Assembly: GCA_039091855.1 (NCBI GenBank)
Contig: JAWCLA010000002.1
Location: 1-55,392, forward strand
Length of the DNA stretch: 55,392 nt
Direction of reading: 5' to 3'
DNA from: Candidatus Aenigmatarchaeota archaeon
Lineage (GTDB): Archaea; Aenigmatarchaeota; Aenigmatarchaeia; QMZP01
Positions 1-7,785 of the stretch are shown piece by piece. Positions within the stretch are counted from its first letter, which is position 1. The number at the start of each line of letters is the position of its first letter. A program made the translations under genes and the position numbers. The notes beneath the pieces were generated by a model. That model was not told the origin of the DNA. It did not search any database and saw nothing but the letters and a program-made list of their open reading frames with translations.

Positions 1-58
1 TTGTTTTTATCAAAATATTTCAAAAAATTTACCTTATATTTTTGAATTTTTTTATCAT

Positions 59-3000
59 ATGAAAGGTAGTTGTGCTGGTACTAGAGTTAAATTAAAGTAC
101 AATTTATCTGAAATTTTTATTTATGCTTTTCATAGTAATGGTAATATTGTAGCAGTAAGTTCAAAATATTTAGATGAGTTGCATTTTTATCCATTTGGGA
201 TTATGTATTCTTGGTCTGGAAAAGTAAAATTAGAATTTGATTATGAAAAAAATAAAATATCTGTTTATTTTAATAATACAAAAATTGATGAGTTTAATTT
301 AAAATCTGTTTATATAGATCAAATTGAATTGTGGGGTGGTAATGGTTGTTGCGACGGCCGCAATGATGCATATTTTTATTTTGATAACATTACGCTTATT
401 CCTTATGGTTTTGCTTATGAGGAAATTCCTTATCCAACAAATAAATCGTTATTGATAACAAATTCTGAATGGAGGAACGTTGTTGCCGCTTCTCCCTTGG
501 AAATTCCAGTTTTGGTTTCGGAATCTGGAAGTATTACTCCTGAAATTGAGAGGTTTATTCATGATTACAAACCTGACCTTATTTACACGGTTGGTTTTTC
601 AATAGGATTGAATAATTCATTTGAGATAACAAAGGGGCAAATAGATGATTTTTTCTTTCCGAATGCAACAATGGCTGTTTATGTAAACAATATGGAAAAG
701 GGGATTTTTGCGGGAATGATTGGAAAATATCTTGGTATTCCTGTGGTTTTTGATAAAATAAATAACTATACAGATGTTATTGATTTGGAGAATATGAACT
801 TGCAAGAAATTCAGGATTTCTATCTGGAAAAAGTAAAGGAAAATGGTGGAAATATTGACTATTTAGTTCTGGTTGATTTAAATTCTCCAGAAGGTTTGCT
901 TGCAGGAAGGCTTGCTGGAATGAGAAACGGGTATGTTGTTCCTATTGAAAACAAGAGTTTTGAAAACATAACTGATGTCATAAAGGAAGTCATAAAAGAA
1001 TTGGGAACAAAGAAATTTTATCATAAACATGTGAAATACAAGGCAGGAAAGCCGCTTTATCTCGCTATTCTCGGAGAGGATGAAAGCGTGCCTTATGCAA
1101 GATTCTTTGATCCAGGATTGGAGATTTTGGACAATAAGGACGGATGGTGGCTGTATTCAGATTTAGGATATGCGGATTCAAACGAGAACGGGTTTTTTGA
1201 CTTAGCTGTTGGTAGGATGAAAGGTGGAATTGAAACGGTTTCTTTGCATCTGGCAAGGAATTCACTTCCCAGAAACCAAAGCGCGATTTTTATAGGAGAA
1301 TACAGGCACCCAAGAATTGCTGACCTGAAATTTTTGGGAGGAGGGATGACTCAGGCTTTCGTAGCAGATATGCTTCTTGATATGGCAAATATTTCTACGA
1401 AAAGGGTTGTTGAAAAAAGGCTTGAGATTCTTGGAAATGATAACAGCACCATATTTGAATTATACCAGAAATACAGGGAATGGTATGAAAGGACAGCATA
1501 TAAGGTTATGCTAAAGCTGATTGGCAAAATATGGGGAATTTTTGACTATTCGGATATGATAATGTATGCTGTTCTTGAATTTGACTGGAGCGATTGGGAA
1601 AAAAGGTTTGGATTGTTGCCTGTTCCAGAGCACCTTGAAGTCATTGATGAAAATGTAGGAAAAACTATTAATTCTACCGGTATTGTAGGTTATTTTGGCT
1701 TGGGGGATGATGGATGGACGATACCAAAGAAGGAAAGGTCATACTGGGATAATCTCCTATATCCATATTTGGGTTCAACAGAATTCAAAAACATTACCTT
1801 CTCCGGATTCCTTTACAATGATTATGATATTTCTGCAAATTCCACAATAACGAAAAATGTTATCAGGGAAGGTGGAAGTGTTCTTGGTTCTTCTGGAATA
1901 ATTCATGATCCATATACCATAAGAACATCAACTGCTTTCTTCTTTTGCATAGCGCTCAGGGGGTCTGTGGGACAATGCTTGATAGAATCTGTTAATATAG
2001 ATCCTGTTCAGGAAATTGGTGGGTTTGTTTTTCTTAATTACATTTACAAATTAGGTGGTGAAGCTTCAATTCTCACCCATCATCTTCTTTCCCAAAAGGA
2101 CTCTCTTGAGAGGATTCTTTTTGGTGATCCTGCTGTTGTTCCTTTGGAAAGGAAAATTGTAGCTCCTGTAACATCTTATTCTATCAAACCATCTGGCTCC
2201 TTTGTAGCAGAATCCTTTATTGAAACTAATTACACAATAAACGATGGTTTTGTTTTTTTGAATGCGGAAAATTACTTGATAGAGAATGAAAGGCCAATAA
2301 TTCCTGTTTTTGTCAGGAAATTTGTTCTACCAGAAGGTGCTGTTGTTAACTGGATTAATTTGAGCGGGAATTATTCAGGTAAAGAAATTTCTTCCGTTTT
2401 TGTTTATAACGACTCTCATTATACAAACTGGACAGAAATTACAATTCAATGTATAGAATTTCTTGGTTTTGAGGGGCTTGAGGAACTTGATGAAAGTCAG
2501 GAAAAACGGCTTTCAGAATGTATTAAAAATATATTAAAACCAAATGTGAGCTATCCTTATCCGAATGAAACGTTGTGGTGGAAGGAAGATATGTTATTGG
2601 ACAACAGGACTGCTATTTATGTATTTGTTCCTGCGGTAATTTTCCAGAATGAAAGTTATGGCTTAGTTTTAGAGAAAGCAAAAGTTGAGGTTGACTATGA
2701 GTCATGGATTGAAATGGGTGTATTTGCAGAAGATGTTTTCCTTGGAGAGAATGAAACTTTAAAGGTTGGGTTGATGAATGCCGGTAGTGATGTTTCCGGA
2801 AGGCTTTGGATTTTTGTGGAAGGTGAGGAAAACTTTGAGTTTTCAGAAGAAGTATTTATACCAGAAAACTCAAGCCTTATAAGAGAATTTTCCTTTGCTC
2901 CTGGAATTGGGAATTATGAGGTTATATCTGTTTTTGAATATAATAATGGTAGTGTTGGTCCCAGGTATTCATATTTCTCAGTTGAATCTCCGCCAAACCT

Positions 3001-4423
3001 TTTGGTTGATGATATTCCTGATGTTTTTGTGAATGAAGGCGAATCAGGATGCTTCCAAACAAATTTGAAGAATAATGGCTCATTTATACTGGAAAATATA
3101 AGCATAAACTATTCTGGAGTTTTTGTGATTGGTTTTGACATCAATGAATTAGACCTTTATGAAGATGAAAGCGCTATTGTTGAAGGGTGTTTGGATGTTC
3201 CTGATATGATTCCGCCCGGGAACTATACAGGATTTTTGTCTTTTGTTCCTGAAAACGACAAGCCTGTTTACAAAAATTTTACAATTATTGTTCCTCCGAG
3301 AGCTGTTCCAGAAATTAATGAGAGCATTTGGGAAATTATCGTAAAGCCTACAAAATATGTTGAAAAATCATTCATTATTAGCAACTCAGGCAATGTTCCA
3401 CTGGAGGCTGATATTTACTGCAACATTATATCAGGAATTTCTTGTGAAATTATGCCTGAAAGGATTAATATTTTGCCTGGAGAAGAAAGCCGTTTTTCAG
3501 CAAAGATAAGCGTTCCTGGAGGATATGAAAGCGGGGAATACTATGGAAATATAACTGTAGATAGCAATGGTCCAGAGAAGAATATATCTTTGAAAATAAA
3601 AGTACTTAATGTTTCATACTGGTTATTAAATCCGCTGGAATTGTTTTGTAAGCTGCCTGAATGTTTTAGGAATTTATCTATTGAAAATCTTCCTGAATCC
3701 AATGCTGTTTTTGAAGCAAACATATCTGTTGAAAATTTAAGCATGGTTTTTGCTGATTCTATTGTTTCTGTTGAGCCTGGCAAAACCAAAAATTTCAGTT
3801 TTCGGGTAGAAACGCCATCTGAAGGCATTTATTCAGGTGAATACAAAGGCAATATTGTTGTTATTGGAAATGAATATTCAGAACCTAAAAACAAAACTAT
3901 AAACATAACTGTTTTGGCAGAAGGTCCTGAGTTTGATATAGCGAAGAATTTTATTCCTGAGAAAATAATACTTTTCTGGGATCAGTTTGTTATTCCGAAA
4001 ATAAACCATGTGGAGATATATTTGAATAATACCGGAGAAGTCCTGATTGAGAAGATAGCTATATCGGACGAAATCCCTGATGGGTGGAAAGGCAAAAAGC
4101 CTGTAATTTCCTTTGTAAAGAGAAACAGGAAGTTTCCCTTAAAGGATTTCTTATTTTCGTCAGAAGGTGGTTACGCAAACTTTTCTTTTGATTTCTCTGA
4201 AAGTCCCCTTGGCAAAGGTGAGGTTTTGGAAATACATTATATGATTTATGCTGAGCCGGGGTCTGTTCCCATAAAAAACATAAAAACAAATACGATAGCG
4301 GAAGCGAGAAGCAGTGAAAATATTTATTCTGAAAATAGTATAACTACAACTTTATATGTGGAGTATTTTAATCCACCACAATGGCTTAGGTGGTTTTTTG
4401 TTCTTTTATTCAGGTTGTGGTAA
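59..4423 (+). CDS. Giant (1454 aa) sequon-rich cell-surface protein. Central region resembles peptidase family C25. Has CARDB-like beta-sandwich repeats and a C-terminal hydrophobic tail.
   Basis: Single uninterrupted 4.4-kb ORF behind an AT-rich leader. About 45 N-x-S/T sequons by manual count. LAILGEDESVPYARFFDPG...YSDLGYADSNENGFFDLAVGRM resembles the conserved C25 (gingipain-like) core. Where C25 has GHG and the catalytic Cys, I read YFGLGDDGW and VLGSSGII. Repeated x-I-x-N-x-G segments occur. The protein ends in WLRWFFVLLFRLW. No obvious N-terminal signal peptide. Confidence 0.8.
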   Translation: MKGSCAGTRVKLKYNLSEIFIYAFHSNGNIVAVSSKYLDELHFYPFGIMYSWSGKVKLEFDYEKNKISVYFNNTKIDEFNLKSVYIDQIELWGGNGCCDGRNDAYFYFDNITLIPYGFAYEEIPYPTNKSLLITNSEWRNVVAASPLEIPVLVSESGSITPEIERFIHDYKPDLIYTVGFSIGLNNSFEITKGQIDDFFFPNATMAVYVNNMEKGIFAGMIGKYLGIPVVFDKINNYTDVIDLENMNLQEIQDFYLEKVKENGGNIDYLVLVDLNSPEGLLAGRLAGMRNGYVVPIENKSFENITDVIKEVIKELGTKKFYHKHVKYKAGKPLYLAILGEDESVPYARFFDPGLEILDNKDGWWLYSDLGYADSNENGFFDLAVGRMKGGIETVSLHLARNSLPRNQSAIFIGEYRHPRIADLKFLGGGMTQAFVADMLLDMANISTKRVVEKRLEILGNDNSTIFELYQKYREWYERTAYKVMLKLIGKIWGIFDYSDMIMYAVLEFDWSDWEKRFGLLPVPEHLEVIDENVGKTINSTGIVGYFGLGDDGWTIPKKERSYWDNLLYPYLGSTEFKNITFSGFLYNDYDISANSTITKNVIREGGSVLGSSGIIHDPYTIRTSTAFFFCIALRGSVGQCLIESVNIDPVQEIGGFVFLNYIYKLGGEASILTHHLLSQKDSLERILFGDPAVVPLERKIVAPVTSYSIKPSGSFVAESFIETNYTINDGFVFLNAENYLIENERPIIPVFVRKFVLPEGAVVNWINLSGNYSGKEISSVFVYNDSHYTNWTEITIQCIEFLGFEGLEELDESQEKRLSECIKNILKPNVSYPYPNETLWWKEDMLLDNRTAIYVFVPAVIFQNESYGLVLEKAKVEVDYESWIEMGVFAEDVFLGENETLKVGLMNAGSDVSGRLWIFVEGEENFEFSEEVFIPENSSLIREFSFAPGIGNYEVISVFEYNNGSVGPRYSYFSVESPPNLLVDDIPDVFVNEGESGCFQTNLKNNGSFILENISINYSGVFVIGFDINELDLYEDESAIVEGCLDVPDMIPPGNYTGFLSFVPENDKPVYKNFTIIVPPRAVPEINESIWEIIVKPTKYVEKSFIISNSGNVPLEADIYCNIISGISCEIMPERINILPGEESRFSAKISVPGGYESGEYYGNITVDSNGPEKNISLKIKVLNVSYWLLNPLELFCKLPECFRNLSIENLPESNAVFEANISVENLSMVFADSIVSVEPGKTKNFSFRVETPSEGIYSGEYKGNIVVIGNEYSEPKNKTINITVLAEGPEFDIAKNFIPEKIILFWDQFVIPKINHVEIYLNNTGEVLIEKIAISDEIPDGWKGKKPVISFVKRNRKFPLKDFLFSSEGGYANFSFDFSESPLGKGEVLEIHYMIYAEPGSVPIKNIKTNTIAEARSSENIYSENSITTTLYVEYFNPPQWLRWFFVLLFRLW

Positions 4424-4476
4424 CTACTTATTTTAAAAAACCTTTAATCTTCATTACTTACAAAATAGATTAATAT

Positions 4477-4612
4477 GCCTCAGTAGCTCAGCAGGTTCCA
4501 GAGCGGCGTCTTATAGAGAGTGACAAGGCGCCTTTTGGTTGTAGAGAGCACTCGGCTGTTAGCTTTAATGGCTGATACCGAGTGGTCGAAGGTTCGAGTC
4601 CTTCCTGAGGCG
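4477..4612 (+). tRNA. tRNA-Asn (anticodon GTT) with two introns
   Basis: Hand-built cloverleaf. Acceptor GCCTCAG (4477-4483) pairs with CTGAGGC (4605-4611); discriminator G4612. D arm GCTC...GAGC. Anticodon stem CTCGG (4551-4555) / CCGAG (4578-4582). Loop is CTGTTA plus A4577, with GTT at 4558-4560. A 15-nt intron (4562-4576) sits at the canonical 37/38 site. Variable region TGGTC. T arm GAAGG TTCGAGT CCTTC (4588-4604). A further ~45 nt (about 4505-4549) interrupts the D-arm/position-26 region. Its exact boundaries are ambiguous because a GGTT..AGAGC segment is duplicated. The mature length comes to 76 nt. Confidence 0.75.
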
Positions 4613-4858
4613 TTTTTATAGCTTGTGTAGAAATCAAAGATAAATGTAAATAGCCGGATTCACACATAAGGTGGAAAAGAATGAAGACTTTGGCCAACAT
4701 AACCAAGTCGTTCTTCCAGAAACTTTTGACGACATTAACTAATATCATAAGTAGTATTCCTGGACTATCACAAGCGAAGGTTAAGTGAAAGATGCGAAAT
4801 ATGTTCTCCATCAAGTTGCAAAGTTATTGATGGGGTAAACTTTCAAAAGGCGAAGTTT

Positions 4859-5131
4859 ATGGATGCCAGAATGGAGCTTATATCAAACTGCTTTGACATA
4901 AGGGGTTTCAACAAGAAATGTAACTTTCATAACTGTATGAAAGTGCCTGAAAAGGAGGCTCTTATAATGGAGCTTGATTCGAAGAAGCAGCAGAGAAAGG
5001 AGCTTGTTTCGCTTTATTTTTGCAACAAGCATTTTGACATCTGCATAAAGGATTTATTAAACCAGCTTAACAAACTATGTGAAAGTGGAAAGAGTGTATA
5101 TATGGAAATGTATGAAATTGGTTCAAGATGA
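4859..5131 (+). CDS. Small Cys/His-rich hypothetical protein (90 aa), possible zinc-binding
   Basis: ORF lying between the two intron-bearing tRNA genes; it stops 9 nt before tRNA-Phe. Cys/His spacing: C11, C21, H24, C26, then C55, H58, C62, C74. I recognise no family. Confidence 0.4.
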   Translation: MDARMELISNCFDIRGFNKKCNFHNCMKVPEKEALIMELDSKKQQRKELVSLYFCNKHFDICIKDLLNQLNKLCESGKSVYMEMYEIGSR

Positions 5132-5140
5132 TGTTAGGTT

Positions 5141-5285
5141 GGGGTGATAGCTCAGTCCGGGAGAGCACATGGCTGAAGTTTAACTGTGGTATTTGATTTC
5201 AAAACCGCTTTACAGAAGTTACCATGGTGTCGTGGGTTCAAAATAAGCCATATTTGAAGTTTATATGAAAATCCCACTCACCCCA
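5141..5285 (+). tRNA. tRNA-Phe (anticodon GAA) with two introns (anticodon loop 37/38 and T-loop)
   Basis: Acceptor GGGGTGA (5141-5147) pairs with TCACCCC (5278-5284); discriminator A5285. D arm GCTC AGTCCGGGA GAGC. Anticodon stem CATGG (5168-5172) / CCATG (5222-5226). Loop CTGAAG (GAA at 5175-5177) plus A5221, split by a 42-nt intron (5179-5220). Variable region GTGTC. T stem GTGGG (5232-5236) / CCCAC (5273-5277) encloses 36 nt instead of 7. Read as TTCAAA...T, this implies a ~29-nt intron in the T-loop. The exon segment TTCAAA can pair with intron segment TTTGAA. Confidence 0.8.
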
Positions 5286-5286
5286 T

Positions 5287-5883
5287 ATGAAAAAGGCTTC
5301 AAAGGAAAATGAAAGGGGAACCAAGAAGACTGGAAAGGTTTTGGAATGCAGGCTCCTGGAAAACAAGCTTGTGATAGCAAAGGGGTTTGAAGAACTGATG
5401 CAAAAATCTTACGGAAAATACATAGGCGATGAAAATGACATTAGTAAAGGCAGGCTTGAGATTTCTTTTGTGGAGGCGCTTTATCTATTAGAAAAAGGAA
5501 AGATTAATATAAAGAAGGGTACAAAAAAGCTAAGTTTTAAGGAACTTATGGAATTTGGCATTCAGAGAGATAAAAGACTTCATGAGAAGTATATGGTATA
5601 CAGGGACATAAGGGAAAGGGGTCTTGTTGCTAAAACAGGGTTCAAGTTCGGCTGTGATTTCAGGGTTTACCAGAGGGGCGTAGGTGTAAAGAAGGGCCCT
5701 AAAACAGCATCAGAGCACACAAAATGGATTGTTTATACCGTTCCTGAGGATTATACGTGCTCATTTGCAGAGCTTTCAAGGGCTGTCAGGCTTGCTCATT
5801 CAATAAGGGCAAGGATGCTTTGGGCGATAGTTGACAATGAGGATAATGTCACATATTTCGAGGTTGTAAGGATAAAGCCGTAA
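5287..5883 (+). CDS. endA: tRNA-splicing (tRNA-intron) endonuclease EndA, homotetramer-like size class
   Basis: The C-terminal half aligns colinearly with my recollection of M. jannaschii EndA. Matching segments: VEALYLLEKG, LSFKEL, KYMVYRDIRERG, KTGFKFGCDFRVYQRG, EHTKWIV, VRLAHSIRARMLWAIVD, ending ...IKP. The ATG begins 2 nt after the tRNA-Phe discriminator base. Confidence 0.9.
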   Translation: MKKASKENERGTKKTGKVLECRLLENKLVIAKGFEELMQKSYGKYIGDENDISKGRLEISFVEALYLLEKGKINIKKGTKKLSFKELMEFGIQRDKRLHEKYMVYRDIRERGLVAKTGFKFGCDFRVYQRGVGVKKGPKTASEHTKWIVYTVPEDYTCSFAELSRAVRLAHSIRARMLWAIVDNEDNVTYFEVVRIKP

Positions 5884-5939
5884 CCGGTTAAAATATTAAA
5901 AACTGCGTTTCTCTTATAAACACAATATGGGAGAAGATT

Positions 5940-6140
5940 ATGGGAAGAATAAAAAGCATTGCAGTGAAAAACCTTGGGGATGAGTTAATAAGGCTTCACG
6001 GAAATAAGTTCACTGAGGATTTTGAAAGGAATAAGAAGGTTCTGGATGAGATAAAAAAGATAAAATCCAAAAGGACAAGGAACATCCTTGCAGGATATAT
6101 AACAAAGCAGATGAAAAAGATAAAGAAAACCGGCATTTGA
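5940..6140 (+). CDS. rps17e: 30S ribosomal protein S17e (eS17)
   Basis: MGRIKSIAVKNLGDELIRLHGNKFTEDFERNKKVL matches the conserved eS17 N-terminus. Size of 66 aa is typical for archaea. Confidence 0.85.
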   Translation: MGRIKSIAVKNLGDELIRLHGNKFTEDFERNKKVLDEIKKIKSKRTRNILAGYITKQMKKIKKTGI

Positions 6141-6156
6141 GTTCTCTGGTGGTACT

Positions 6157-7242
6157 ATGAGAGTAGAGGATTTTTTAGAAAAGCCGCTTGTTGTAAGCCC
6201 AGAAGACTCTATTAGCCGTGCAGCTTCCCTTATGTTTTCTAACAGGAAACATGAAGCTGTTGTAATGAAGAATGGCAAGTTTGTTGGAATTTTATTGGCA
6301 AGGGACCTAGTAAAAAGAAAGGTAAGCGACCCGCACAAAACGAAAATAAGTGGTTTTGTTGTTGACATAAACCCGTTTCTTCCAGGAACAGGAATAGAGG
6401 AGATAATAAATGGTTTTCTGGTTAACGATTACAGGGCAGTGCCTTTCAAAAACAACGGTAAAATAATGGTTCTTACCAAAACAGGTCTTTTGGGCATTGT
6501 TAAGGACAGCCCTGTTTTAAAAGACAAGTTTGCCGAGGATGTTATGAATTTCCCTTATTGTATAACAACAGAAGATTCGCTTTCAACCGCAAGGGCTGTT
6601 CTGAGGGATATGAACATATCAAGGGTTCCTGTTGTTAAAGAAGGAAAGGTTGAGGGTATTATTGATTATGTCGACCTTCTCGGGCCTGTGTTTAAAGGAG
6701 AGGTCAATAAGAGGGGCGAACCCGGAGAGGAGAGGACTCATATTGACAGCATACCCGCATCTTCCTTTATGAGAAAGGAGTTTCCTGTGGCAGAGCCTGA
6801 TGCGAGACTGTCATCTGTTATTGATTTGATTGTAAAAAACAATTCTGCTGTCATAGTGGAAAGAAATGGCAAGCTTTCTGGAATTGTGACGCCGGGGGAT
6901 ATTCTAAAGTTGTTCGGTAAGGAGGTAAGGGGAGCATACGTTACAATAAGCGGAATGCAGGAAGAGGATGATTTCATAAAGTCAGTCATATACAAGGAAA
7001 TAGAGAATTCTTTGAAAAAAATAAACAAAATCTATCCTGTTAACTATTTCGTTGCTCATGTTGACAAGTATAATGTAACCGGCAGGAGAGCAAAGTATTC
7101 GATAAGGGCAAGGGTTGCAACTCAAAAAGGATTCTTTTTTTCACACGATCACGGTTGGGATATAACAAAAGCGATAAAGGGCGTGTTGGAAAAGCTTGAG
7201 AAGGAGGTTATAAAAAGAAAGGAGAGGGAAAGGGGGATATGA
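6157..7242 (+). CDS. Protein with four CBS domains and a C-terminal HPF/RaiA (S30AE)-like domain
   Basis: Four successive segments of ~55 aa with CBS-like patterns (for example VGILLARDLVK, GIIDYVDLLG, SGIVTPGDILKLF). The last ~100 aa, VTISGMQEEDDFIKSVIYKEIENSLKKINKIYP..FVAHVDKYN..AKYSIRARVATQKGFFFSHDHGWDITKAIKGVLEKLEKEVIKRKE, follow the beta-alpha-beta-beta-beta-alpha pattern of ribosome hibernation factors. The stop overlaps the next gene (ATGA). Confidence 0.6.
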   Translation: MRVEDFLEKPLVVSPEDSISRAASLMFSNRKHEAVVMKNGKFVGILLARDLVKRKVSDPHKTKISGFVVDINPFLPGTGIEEIINGFLVNDYRAVPFKNNGKIMVLTKTGLLGIVKDSPVLKDKFAEDVMNFPYCITTEDSLSTARAVLRDMNISRVPVVKEGKVEGIIDYVDLLGPVFKGEVNKRGEPGEERTHIDSIPASSFMRKEFPVAEPDARLSSVIDLIVKNNSAVIVERNGKLSGIVTPGDILKLFGKEVRGAYVTISGMQEEDDFIKSVIYKEIENSLKKINKIYPVNYFVAHVDKYNVTGRRAKYSIRARVATQKGFFFSHDHGWDITKAIKGVLEKLEKEVIKRKERERGI

Positions 7243-7769
7243 AAAAGGCCAAAAGGTTGAAAGAGAGGTTTAAGGCTCTGGACAACAGCTTTGTTTACAT
7301 AATATTGGGAATTGTGATGGCTTTCGGGATAAACTGGACACTGGCTCTTGCTCTGAACACAGATATGCCTGTGGTTGCAGTAGAGTCAAATTCGATGGTG
7401 CCTACATTTTCAAAGGGGGACATACTAGTCTTACAGGGCGTCCCTGCAGAAAAGCTTAAGGTTGGGGATATAATCGTTTTTTCGCCATCACCTGAACAAA
7501 CGCCTGTTGTTCACAGAATAGTGGAAATAAATCCTGATGGAACTTTCCAGACGAAGGGAGACAACAATCCAGGACAACTACCATTTGAAAAGAGGATAGA
7601 GGCTTCACAAATACATGGCAAGACCATTCTCATAATCCCGTATCTTGGGTGGTTAAAAGTGGGTTTGACACAATATGTTTTGCCTAATCTTGTGTTTTTT
7701 GTCTTCTTTGGGGCAATTATAGTATTTATATACCTTGGGGTTAAATTTTATAGGGGCTCGGTTTTTTGA
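7239..7769 (+). CDS. Signal peptidase I, archaeal/ER (Sec11) type
   Basis: N-terminal TM segment, followed by ESNSMVPTFSKGD (catalytic Ser box), VVHRIVEI (His box) and GDNN. Confidence 0.85.
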   Translation: MKKAKRLKERFKALDNSFVYIILGIVMAFGINWTLALALNTDMPVVAVESNSMVPTFSKGDILVLQGVPAEKLKVGDIIVFSPSPEQTPVVHRIVEINPDGTFQTKGDNNPGQLPFEKRIEASQIHGKTILIIPYLGWLKVGLTQYVLPNLVFFVFFGAIIVFIYLGVKFYRGSVF

Positions 7770-7785
7770 GGTTAGTGGTGATTAG

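Noticed and set aside
4681-4788. 35-aa plus-strand ORF (MKTLANITKSFFQKLLTTLTNIISSIPGLSQAKVK), preceded by AAGGTGG.
   Set aside because: It is too short and featureless to support as a gene from sequence alone. It is only worth checking if the locus is transcribed.
4488-4814. 108-aa minus-strand ORF.
   Set aside because: Its 3' part overlaps the tRNA-Asn gene. It has no motif support.
5985-6368. 127-aa minus-strand ORF.
   Set aside because: It is antisense to rps17e and to the 5' end of the CBS gene, both of which have clear homology support.
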